Shown piece after piece: positions 25,501 through 36,234 of a stretch of 64,000 nt of DNA. How positions within the stretch are numbered: position 1 is the stretch's first letter; each line of letters starts with the position of its first letter. The translations under genes were made by a program, and so were the position numbers. The notes under the pieces were generated by a model that ran no database searches, had not been told where the DNA came from, and saw only the letters and a list, made by a program, of their open reading frames with translations. Source of the stretch: Hydrolagus colliei (lineage: Eukaryota); NCBI GenBank assembly GCA_035084275.1, contig CM068749.1:16740001-16804000 (forward strand). The letters run 5' to 3'.

Positions 25501-28500
25501 CTTTAGCTGGACGTACTTTAATCCCCCTTGCTAGCTGTTCCATGGAGCTCTTGAGTTGGTTTTGTGCTGAAGTGCTGAGTGTCTGTGCAAAAGGGTGTAA
25601 TAAGAATGATTAGAATTGATGACTGCACAGAGTTCTGTTCTGGTCAGTTCCATCTAGATGTTCTTTTACGAATCATATGTTGCACAGCGTTCTTAGTACC
25701 TGAGTGACTTGTTGAATGTCATCCCTCCTGATTTCAGCAAAAGCTAGCTCTTGACCAAACAATCGGACGTACGCTGACATCAAAGGTACTTCTTCAGGTA
25801 AGGCCTTCCACCCAGAAAGCTGAAACATTAAATTGATCATGAGTAAATACAAAGTACAGTTAAATAGACTAATGTGTCAAAAAAAAAGACACAGTTTGTT
25901 AACCAGTAGTGTTGCTAAATCATTCTTACCGTTTTCAAAATACGTAGCATCTGTTCTGTGTTCGTCCTCTTGCTGAGGGGGACACGATTGATCATCAGCG
26001 CCTCCTGAAGACCCTCTGCGCGTACGCCAACCTGTGTGGATAAAAACAAAGGAATAATTCCATGTCGATGGGAAATCCATTGAGAAGTTTACGGTCCATC
26101 TGTTACTGAATTACTTGAAGGAGTGGTTTGTGAATTTAACATGATGTTGGGTTGTTCAATCTCATAATTTCTCTTTGTTTTGGTTTGGGCACGATGAATG
26201 GACACTGATACTGATTATTTAAGTTCTCAGAGGTTCTGCTAAGCATATTTTAGAACAAATACTTCAATACATCATGTAATAGTTATATCTCAAAATAGCT
26301 TCAGCCAAGCCTCTGGCCACACTCTTACCCTCCCTCCTCCTCAATCCCGACCCCCAGCTCGGGTCCAAATCCCTGACTGTCCAGCTCCTTCCTCCTGATG
26401 TGGAGAGCGCTATACAAATGTAATTTGCATCGTATTGTTACCTCCACAAGATCCATTGAACCTCCAAGACCATGACCTCGGATTTTGCCTAATATGGCTG
26501 ATGGAATGATGCTGCCAGCATTGTTTAACAGAAGCAATCTAGCAGAAGCTCCAGTCATTAGATTATCTAAATCAGAAAGGAACAATGAATTGGCCAGTTA
26601 GTTTAACATTTTAACAAAAGTAAGTCTTTATCCACAAAAGTTGATTTCATCGGTTAAACCCCCCCACTAATTGTGTGCTATGTTCAGTCGTACATTTATA
26701 TTTGAGCCAAACCTGTGACTTTTTGGTTTAAATTAGACATTTCAATTGATTAGTAAATACAGTTGCCCAATTTGGAATATAAATTACACATTTTCTAATT
26801 ATTTATAAGGTATACAGGATGGAAGCCAGTTGTGGTAGACAAGAAAACAAGGGAATTATATAATTTGAGACAAGTTAGCATGATTTGGTCAAGTATATAC
26901 AGTTTGTCTATTAAAGGTTTTAAGGAATATGCATGAAGTTTGCTCTCTGGTGCCTCGTCTAAACATGTAGATATGTACACTGCAGTTAGAAATCTTTCCT
27001 TTAAAAATTTGCTAGGACAACACTTACATCTAAACATATCAATGTGGAAAACTTTGCTGTATCGGATACCGAGACGGTCAAGTCTGGGGCTCAGGAGTTT
27101 GACAGCTACGTTGCAGGAAGCAGCCCTATTAACATGAACATTTCAGATTATCAATACAGGTTCCATGCTGGTGAATGCTGAGTTTCAGGACAATGAATTT
27201 TGCACAGGTAATAAGTTCATTATATTAAGTTATGTGTGCACTTACAATGTAGCGATTCCTGGCAGTGAGCTTCTGGACAGAGCTTTCATATGTGAATAGG
27301 TAAAGCTGGCAACCTGTAAACTGGTCTCCTTCAGCAGTGAATCAGCTACTGCTGTCACCAAAGTTAAACTGGGTTTGGTAGAAAACAACACAACGCAAGC
27401 CACCATTCGTACTTCAGGATGATTTCTTCGGTTCATGAATATCTCGATGGTAATATCTTGTACCTGTCACAAAAGAAAAATAAAGTAAGTTGACAGCAAT
27501 CCAAGCATCATTTAATAGATAGTTCTGTACTTCCAGTTCTAGAACTTGTAGTGTTTACATTTAAGCAAATGTTATTAAGCATTTTATGTGAGCTCGTTCG
27601 ACTTTAACAAAATGAATTTAGTAAAATAACTTTTTAAAGCTGAAATAAAAGGAATGCTTGTCTTGCCTTTCGTGGGTCTCTCCTTGCAATGTTACGCAGT
27701 GAAGCTACAGCATCAACCTGAACCTTTAGTGGGAGACTGGATGCTGCACTGCCAAAGCCAGGCAAGAATTTCTGAATGCGTTTTATGCTTGTTGACTGTC
27801 CAGCATTACCGACTGCTTTGAGGCCAAGAACAATCTCCTGTTCGTGGGAACGACTGCCAGCATCGGCAAGCAGATCATGGAGTGGCTGGAACAAAAAAAA
27901 ACCTCTGTGAGACATTCGTACAAACCATATAATACAGATCATTTCTCATATTATTAAACCACATCATGTTACCTGCAGGACATCTTCAGGGCAGGATTGT
28001 CGCTCTGCGCAGAATCTGTACACCACAGAACCATATCCAAGAAGTACAATTTTGCGAAGGATGGGAGAGTGTCTTATTTGATTGATGGAGAGGAGTTCCT
28101 ATACAGAAGACACACAGAGGAGATTAACCTTTGTTTTTCAAGCGTTGTAAACAAATGGCAAAAGGTATTTGATTTTTTGTTCTCTAAAACGTACAAAAAT
28201 GAGGTGGGATCATACTCACTTTAGCAATAGGCATGCTCTGTCGGTCGGCTTTGAGTTGCTGCATTGCAAAAATCAAAGCCTGAGCTGCTTCAATGGTTTT
28301 GATTTCCGAACTTTGAATTTTGCGTTTGAGCAATCTCAGGGTGTCGGCTGTTCCTGCTGCGGGAAGTGCATCCAAAAACCAGCGCCTAGATTTGGGAAAC
28401 AAAGTGAGAACATTTTCTGGTGTTTCTATCTTATTGCCGCGTTCAAACCATAAACCTTTTCCTCAAGTGCATGGATGGGCTAAATGTCAAGACTAAGATT

Positions 28501-31500
28501 TCACCCTCAAATATCTTACTCAAAACATTTTCAGTGCCACATTAAAGGCATTTAGATCATGTGTAATGCACAATAAAACACATTTTATAATTAATGATAT
28601 TGTAATGAAAAAATTACCTATAATCTTGATTTTCTGCAACTCTCTTCCAACTGTTTGCAATAACCTCAAATGAGGCAGTCCTCAAAAGCTGGATAAGTTC
28701 CAAAAATCTCTCTGGGGCATCAAAGTGGACCTCGTGGTCATTGTACTGACCCATGTGTCTCACGGTGTCAATTATCTGCAGACAAAAGCAACGAATGTGT
28801 CATTCAGGTCTTTATAATGTAGATGAAACACAATATAGAATGACATTGGGACTGTTTACCTGTGCATCCAGGCTTTGATATTTAAGCAACTGAATTGGTT
28901 TCTGCAGTAGATTAGCGGTACATTTGTATTTCAGAGATCCACGATTCTGTAATCTCTCCTGTGGTTCACGGACGAGTTCAACTTTGATGTCATCCAGAAT
29001 AAGGTTTTGTCTGCAAAGAGTAGCATTGATCAGTTTTGCGGCAATCATTTTTTTTAAAATCACACGGCAACACAGTACATAGGGGAGACACAGTTGAGTT
29101 CTCCTTTAGCAGTAAGTAATATCTACACTTCGATATAACCATTACTCAGACCTTATCCTAAATTACAAACATTGTACCTTTATTGTTGTAAAATGTTAGA
29201 AATAACAAAAATATAATTTAGAAAATAATAGAGAAAACTTTCTGCCCATTTTATGTCAGGAGCTTCATTGGTAAAACAATCGACATGACATAGAACAACC
29301 TTCCTCCCACCTTGAAAGGTACTCTAAAATGTTGTTGTTGTTAAGAATGAAATTGAGCCGTAGTGATCCAGAATAACAATAATAATCCTTACATTTGGCC
29401 TCACACCATATCACATATCGTTGATGCATTTTAAAGTGCTTCACGGGATTTTACTGTGAAGTGCCAGTTTAGACCCCTAGTCTGAGGTGATCCACCTAGT
29501 AATGGCAGTTGGGAAACTACTTTGATTTGTGTCCCTGAACTGGAAGATCACGTAAAATCAGACAGACAAAGAGGCCATTTAGTGGCACATTTATAATCTA
29601 AGGATTGAAATTTTACTTTGCCATCGTTCCTATAATTTAAGCATTGGAGGTTTATTTTGCTAGGATACCTATAAACAAAGCATTGGAATCTTACTTTGCC
29701 TCCATCACAGCAGTCCCATCGAGCTCATGGAATGGTGTAAACTGATGTATTTCCCGTGTCCTGGCTTCGACAATAATTGCACCAGATACTTTAGGCTTCA
29801 GAATGTGAGTGAGAGCCACGGAGCTGCGAAAGTTCTTGTTTCTCTAAAGATAAGAAAACAATAATAATGATGTCCTTATTACCCTTAACATCCTTCACGT
29901 CCTTAAGTCCTTAAGATCCATCACAATATGAAAACATGCTTGAATGTGACTATCTGGGAAATAATAAGATGAAACAGTTTACCTGCTGACAAGCAGGGCA
30001 GGGAAGTGCATATGCCAGACCAAGTTGATGCTGGACCCTCTCCTGACAGTTGCTCAAGTCCTTTGATTTTGTCACAGTAATTTGGTTGGTCTTCCTGTCT
30101 TCCTGAAGTACATATTTTGTATTGCAGATGCCTTGAATTCCCATCTAGAAGAAAGGCAAATTGGTTTATTATCCAGCAATAAAAATGCTGGTGTAAATAT
30201 TTGCTACAAAGTGTGAAGGCTGGACATTTAGTTACCTCTTGTAACTCATAGACATTTTGCGTGTTCTTCACAGTGATCTGAAACATGTTCAAAATGCCTC
30301 TCTGGATGTTGAGTATGTTTTCAGGCAAGTCTTCAGGGGCATTGATATTTCCAACTCGGCCATTGCTGTATTCAAACGTAATAGGTTTGGTCAGGTCGGC
30401 TGCCAGTTTTTGTGTCAATTTACTTGCAGTACTTGATGGAACATTGGGCCAAACACCATTGAGCTCCTGAATCTGAGGGTCTGTGATCTGAGAAACAAAT
30501 GAACCCAAACATATAAATGGTCAAAGCTGTGACACACTTGCTATCATTTTACTTAAGACAGTTTGGGTTTTAATATGGTAAATAATTAAAAATTGAAATA
30601 GTTTAAGCAAGATTATAAATGAATCGTGGATGCGGCAGTATTTCGGTAACAGTGTGCTTCTTTAATATATCAGATATTTTGACTGTAAAAAAAATGTAAT
30701 TTATAATTCTGAAATGAGCTGTGTTGTGATTGTAAAGTTTGAGAGTTCAGACTATACAATTCCAAAATGATGTTGCGAAAAATTTGTACACTGTACTTAT
30801 GGTTTTGTTAAGTAGGCAAAACTACTTTATAAGAGTTTATACTTTTGTTTGGCAGTGAAAATAAGGATACCAGGAAATATAACTGAAATGTACAATTCAA
30901 AGAACGAAATTATAAAGCAACATGCATTAGTAAAATAATCAACAATCTGACACTGATCAGAATTTTTAACTTCCTTCTCTTTACACTCTCTATATTTGTG
31001 AGAAGAACAGGGTTGTTGCATAAAATTAATATATCTTGAGATTTAATTTTGTACTGTAATGTTCTACTTACTTCCATCTGGAAGCTATGTTTACCTATTT
31101 GTTTGCCATATATATATATGTTTCATGGTTGATGGAGTCATGGTTGATGGAGTCATCTTGTGCGCCAATGAGATTAATGTCCTATAATTACTCAAATTAA
31201 TGAGTTATTATTTATAAATGATCTTACCTGCATCAGATAGTTTCTTTGTGAGAGTGCACTGATTTTCACTTTGGCATTGATTCTCACACCTGCTCTGTTC
31301 AAGCCCTTTTCTGGAAGCCCAGTCAGGACCACACCTTCATACATATAAACATAGGTATACTTTTCACTGAAGTTGGGTTGAGTCCTCCTTTCATCTGTGA
31401 ACAATGTAAAATTATAGTGCAATATTGATAGGAATACATAGAAATAAACTTAATTTGCAAAATATTAGTGTAAAGCAAGTAAAGCCTTACTCACCGCCAC

Positions 31501-31567
31501 TGGATCCTTGGCTCCCTAGAAATGAGAAACAAATAAAAGTGAGCACAAATTAAATATTCTCAATTTT

Positions 31568-31616
<49 letters not shown>

Positions 31617-31713
31617 AACAAATAGGTAAACATAGCTTCCAGATGGAAGTAAGTAGAACATTTTCTAACTTACCCACAAGGGCGAGAGCCAGTGCAAAAA
31701 TGATTCCCCTCAT
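16569..31713 (-). CDS. vtg: Vitellogenin, middle copy (vtg-M); complete, 35 exons: LvH, repeat-type phosvitin region, LvL, vWD (beta') and C-terminal domain
   Basis: ATG 31713 (MRGIIFALALALVG), stop TAG at 16569-16571 (..SVDSHSDCIEE*). Approximate exons: 31674-31713, 31495-31515, 31228-31394, 30236-30487, 29983-30144, 29695-29843, 28860-29010, 28618-28774, 28220-28385, 27973-28098, 27667-27886, 27246-27463, 27028-27126, 26442-26566, 25930-26031, 25699-25819, 25399-25582, 24553-24658, 24170-24355, 23937-24086, 23547-23764, 22607-22749, 21000-22073, 20538-20585, 19946-20047, 19631-19843, 19397-19538, 19162-19300, 18906-19035, 18494-18683, 17879-17971, 17457-17548, 17210-17360, 16953-17114, 16569-16642. 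vWD motif TCGICG present. Confidence 0.95.
20093..20141. repeat. (TA)/(TATATATC)n microsatellite
   Basis: Direct reading. Confidence 0.9.
20780..20990 (+). mobile_element. L2-type 3' fragment ending ~10 nt from the exon-23 donor of vtg-M
   Basis: Tail gtgaagtgctccgagacgc..agggcgctatataaatccaagctgttgttg. Confidence 0.6.
21000..22073 (-). CDS. vtg: vtg-M exon 23, phosvitin-position exon (358 codons; Ser/Arg/Asp-rich)
   Basis: Acceptor tttacag|AGC at 22073 and donor GAG|gtaatc at 21000, both phase 0. It lies within ORF 20964..22100, between the IVLEIQTGSK exon and the short SAEILMLRFRSTYRSE exon. Confidence 0.9.
21017..21860 (-). repeat. Coding minisatellite, 18-bp unit (TCCAGTGACAGRCGNGGA-type on the minus strand), about 46-47 copies
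   Basis: The plus strand repeats ctgtcactggatcc(c/t/g)cg(c/t); it translates to SSDRRG/SSDRRR/SSDMRL/SSDIRG units. Confidence 0.97.
31058..31662. repeat. Perfect ~62-bp inverted repeat pair (31058-31119 / 31601-31662) flanking vtg-M exons 2-3
   Basis: aatgttctacttacttccatctggaagctatgtttacctatttgtttgccatatatatatat is the exact reverse complement of 31601-31662. Confidence 0.95.
31573..31612. repeat. (TA)n microsatellite in vtg-M intron 1
   Basis: About 20 TA units. Confidence 0.95.
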
Positions 31714-31720
31714 GTTGATT

Positions 31721-31839
31721 GGTGAATGGAGGTTTGCCATCCTGCCATCTCTTTTAAAGCATGAGATTCTGTACCACATGACTCTGTAAGTGGCAACTTT
31801 TGCTGAATAATCTATTTTTTTGATCAGCATCGAAGTTCA
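31721..31839 (-). promoter_or_regulatory. vtg-M core promoter: ATTCACC leader, TTTAAAA (31752-31758), CGAAGTTCA HNF4-like variant (31831-31839)
   Basis: Colinear with and highly similar to 10828-10945. Confidence 0.65.
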
Positions 31840-32287
31840 CATTGAGCAATAACATATTTGGGTTTAAATAACAGTTGCCAATTTCTCATGGTACTGTCTA
31901 GATTATAACAATGCACAAACTAGACACGGCCTTTTCAGGTCCAACTTCTGTATATATAATATTTTAATATTTATGCTTAGTTAAGTAATAAGACAAAGGA
32001 AGTGATTTGTTGAGCACCGATGACAATTTGCGGGATTTCATCGAGCAGACTCAAAACAAGTCAACGTGGTTTCCATATTTAAGAATAATGCCATACCTGG
32101 CAACTCTAGATTCATTAGCCTGTTCTCAATAGTCAGAGAGTAACTATATGAAAATAATATGGTTAATGACTCCCAACATGGTTTCACATGGTGGTAAATA
32201 CTCTCTGACCATCCTTTGAGTTATTTTTGGAAAAAAGCATTAAAACGCATAAAATCAATTATGTAGCTTGACATGGGCCTTTGCACA

Positions 32288-32300
32288 GGTTACGGTGACC
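32288..32300. promoter_or_regulatory. Imperfect estrogen response element (vtg-M)
   Basis: (A)GGTTAcggTGACC(T), followed by GGAT as in the other two promoters. Confidence 0.65.
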
Positions 32301-32569
32301 TGGATGGTTTAAAATCAACTTGTTTTTGTTACAGCAATGAATTTATGGCGCATGTCTTGTTTTCTTTATCGATTTTGTTCAGACACAAGTTGGGGATAAA
32401 TTAGCTAATATTGTGTAAAGTATTCTCCCAAATTCAGCCATAAACTACTGAAAATTTTAAACTTTACAGTAAATTCTATGAAGCTTATAAACATCCTGCT
32501 GACATGTTAATAATGTATTAAATTTAGTAATTAGGAATCATCCATAAATAAAATGATGTTGTTCACAAA

Positions 32570-32910
32570 TAATAATAATACCGTACTGTACGGTACTTGC
32601 ATTTGATATAGCGCTTTTCACTTCTTCTAGATGTCTCAAAGCGCTTCACAGAATATACTGTAAAGTGAATTGACTGTATGTTTGTGGGCGAAATGAGGCA
32701 GCCAATTGTGCACAGCAGTGTCCCACAAACAGGCGTGGATTGAAATGACCAATTTTATTATTGTTGTTTTTTTGGAGGGATTATTATTACTGTATCCGGC
32801 GTTTGAAGTAAGCAAACTTGTCCAAGGATTCGCCCTGACCTGCCTCGATTTGAACACAGCTCTACACGCTTGTAAGGCGAGTGCTCTAACCACTGAGCTA
32901 CAGGACTCCA
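32570..32910 (-). mobile_element. Full-length tRNA-derived SINE (Deu-like body, L2-type 3' tail)
   Basis: Pol III A box TAGCTCAGTGG (32890-32900) and B box GTTCAAATC (32847-32855), body gggacactgctgtgcacaattggctgcc, tail gcgctatatcaaatgcaag..(ATT)n. Truncated copies lie near 5045-5150, 8650-8830, 20250-20420, 35290-35420, 38875-39025, 45510-45620, 59615-59910 and 63155-63260. Confidence 0.85.
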
Positions 32911-33576
32911 CTAGAAATGTAAGATATACACAAACTCACCTCTTAAAATAATTATAGGACACTAAGAGCAAACAAAATATGTATTACGATATAATCTGTC
33001 AACTGTTTACATAGTGCTATTTAAAACAAATTTCTTAATTGAGTTTTGACAATTGTGAGGCAGCAGATCTAGTGGATTCATGTGGTTGAAAACCAATAAA
33101 TTTCCAGGGCATTGAGAAAGACAAAGGAAGAGGTTCGTCAAGCACTGATGAGGATTTGCGGGATATCATCGAGCAGACCGAAAACACGCCAACGTGGTTT
33201 CCATATTTAAGAACAATGCCATACCCGGAAACTCTAGATTCATTAGCCTATTCTCAACAGTCAGTAGTCAAAACCAAGGTAGTAATTGTACCAAAATAAT
33301 ATGCTTAATGACTCTCAACATGGTTTCAAATGGGGTAAATGCTCTCTGACCATCCTTAGTTATTTTTTTGGAGATGGCATATGCATGGATGGGATAGAAA
33401 TTGCCATGAATGATGTTGGAAAGTCGCTCACTATATCCAAGCATTGTGAGATAACAAAACGCTCAGCAAATGGGAAACTGGGATTCAGCCAAATCAGTTA
33501 AGTTCAGATCATCCGCTGTCATGTTCAACCTACAGTGTTCTGTAATGAACACACCTAAAGTACTGTGTACTGTCCT

Positions 33577-33589
33577 GGTCACTGTGACA
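33577..33589. promoter_or_regulatory. Imperfect estrogen response element (vtg-M, distal)
   Basis: GGTCActgTGACA, one mismatch; it lies in CR1-like sequence. Confidence 0.4.
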
Positions 33590-33884
33590 TTAGGAGGCTA
33601 AATGGGCTCCAGCGACAGTGCAGAGGAAAACATATAATGTTTATATTAATAAACATTAATATTGATTCCCAGTGTTGGAAGGATGAGCCATGAAAGAATT
33701 ATTAGGTTAGTTAGAGCTCTTTAGCTGTTTAAAGAGACACCACACAAGGCAGCTCAGCCTAATAGATCATTACAGGGAACGTAAACCCAAAATAATATTT
33801 TCAAACATGTTAAGGCAGCAGGACAGTTGGGCACAAATTATGAAGGTAATTTTTTAAATAACCACTAGGAAGAGTTTGTTTACA

Positions 33885-34830
33885 TGGAGAGCATTAGAGC
33901 ACTCGTCTCGCAAGTGAGTCTTCCCTCACTCCCTTTCCCCACTTTCTCTCCTCCCTTTTCCCCTTCCCTCCCTCTTCCCTCTTCCTGATCTTGCCCCCAC
34001 CCATCTTTCCCTCCCTCTCTTCCTTACTCCCCTTTCTCCCCCCTCTTCTTCCCTAACCCTAACCCATCCCACCTTTCCCTCCCTCTCCCCCCTTACCCTC
34101 TTTTCCCCCTTTCTCCCCTGGCCCCATTTTCGCGATTGTTTGTGGGGACACTGCTGTGCGCAATTTGGCTGCCGCATTTCGCCCACAAGTATACAGTCGA
34201 CTTTCCTGCTTTTCTTCCCCCTGCCTCGACCCCTCCCCTTTTGCTTCTTTACCCCCTTTTGCCCCTAGTCCCACTTCCATGACTGATTGTGGGACACTGC
34301 TGTGCGCAATTTGGCTGCCACGTTTCGCCCACTAATATACAGTTACTTTTCCTACTATTCTTCATCCTGCCCTGATCCTTCCCACCCTGCTCTTGTCCTA
34401 CCTGACTGTACAGCGCCTTGGGATGTCCTCTCGACGTGAAAGGCGCTATATAAATGTAAGTTTTGTTGTTGTTGTTTGTTGAGAGACCTGTGCTCGATGC
34501 TCAACTGGACAAAATGTTGGGCAAGTTTCTTTACTCCACACGTCTCTGTTTACTTAGCAGTAAGTAAGAACCGGGTTATTATTCAATTGGCTGATCGCTT
34601 TTCTGGGAGTAATAATCCCTTCAAAACAAAATAATTATTTGGTCACTTGATCCATGACTGATGTTGGGACACTGCTTTGAGCAATTAGCTGCTGCGCTTT
34701 GCCCACAGTATATATAGTAAATTCACTTTACAGTATATTCTATGGGGGCATTTTGAATGACCTTGAAGACGGGATAAGGCGCTCTGTCAAATACAAGGGT
34801 TATTATACTATATTATTATTATTATCATTA
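33885..34830 (+). mobile_element. SINE interrupted by a nested ~560-bp insertion (33920-34480) carrying a polypyrimidine tract, two Deu-like domains and a (GTT)n tail
   Basis: The SINE head ttagagcactcgtctcgcaagtgag stops at ~33918 and resumes gagagacctgtgctcgatgc at 34481, continuing to the (ATT)n tail at ~34830. Confidence 0.7.
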
Positions 34831-36059
34831 TGGAGGGGTCAGCCTTGGTGACCCACACTCATCTCTGAATCAGCAGGTTGCATATTCAAGCCCCATTTCA
34901 AGACTTCCAACTTTAATGTTTGCTCTGTTTGAAATGAGAAGGCAGTTTCTTCTGATACCCTGGCCAACAATTCTTCAGATAAATTTATCATTTATTTCAT
35001 GGTTATTTGATTTACCATTTTATGTGTAAAATAGTTGCTGTGTTTGCCTAAAAAACTATATTGGATAATTACCATAATTACTTTCAGATCTTCTGTTATG
35101 ATATAAAATCCACTATAAAATATAAAATCCACTATAAAAAAAATATTTTTATGATGGGTGGGTGGTGGTAGACAGAGGAGAAGGCACTAAGTCAGATGTA
35201 TATTCATGATTTTCAAATATTCTGAATGTTTGCATGGCACAATATTGTCACAAGAAGAATAAAACTCTAGAAAGCATTTCCAGTGGCCACTTGGCTGCTG
35301 TGTTTCGCCTAAAAAGTATTCAATAGTCAATTCACTAAACAGTATACTCTGTGAAGCGCGTTAAGACATTTGAACAATATGATAATGTGCTATATCAAAT
35401 GCAAGGATTGTTATTATTACAGATTCCTTAAAAGATTATCCCTAAAACAAAGGTACAGTACTGGAGAGGACTGTAACATTACTTTACTGTATTTATTTAT
35501 CCTGTCAGTTCTTGGTTCATTCCTATTTGGAAATTCCACTTCAAACCCAAAACAATTCAGAATAGTTTTACTCCCACAAAGTCATACAATGAATCCTTCA
35601 GAACACTGATCAGAATCCTTTTAATTTACTTCATAAAAAGATATGAAAATATGGAAAGACTGAAGGCCATTTGGCCCAGTAAGTTCACTTCTTCTATAGC
35701 CACAGGAAACCAACACCGATATGGATTCCCATGAGGAACCTGTTTAATATCTCATCCAAAGGACGGCATTATTGCATTGGAAAGTTAATCTATATTATGA
35801 GATCAAGCCCCAATGTGAAGCTTCAACCTATTCTTTTCCCAGAATGCCGGAGAAATTTGATATAAAATCAAATCTGATATGAAATTACAATCGTTGATGT
35901 GGTGAATATTATATGATCTTCTTTGATTTTGGAAGGTCAAAGTGATTCTATTTTGCTCCTCATTCAGTTGCTATTTCCAGTGATCATTTGTTGCTATGCA
36001 TGCAAATAATTCACACATGGTACAGTATTGGGTTTTTAAAGTTGCTGACAGGTGATAAC

Positions 36060-36065
36060 TTTATT
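36060..36065 (-). terminator. Candidate polyadenylation signal AATAAA of vtg-R
   Basis: tttatt on the plus strand ~170 nt past the stop codon. Confidence 0.5.
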
Positions 36066-36234
36066 GGAATATATTAATGCATTTTCTGCAATAATTAGTT
36101 AACTGCAAAAGTTATACATTTGAAAGTTAACATGGAAAGCTGTATGACTGTGAGAAATTATACAATTGAGGCTTGAGTGAGTTTGATGTGCATGAAAACT
36201 GTAACCTCAACGCAGTCAAGGAAAATGGATGCCT

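Noticed and set aside
32835-32910. tRNA gene
   Set aside because: The A and B boxes belong to a SINE head that continues into a SINE body and tail; no convincing cloverleaf.
33926-34280. Gly/Arg/Glu-rich ORFs
   Set aside because: Translation of a low-complexity purine tract within a repeat.
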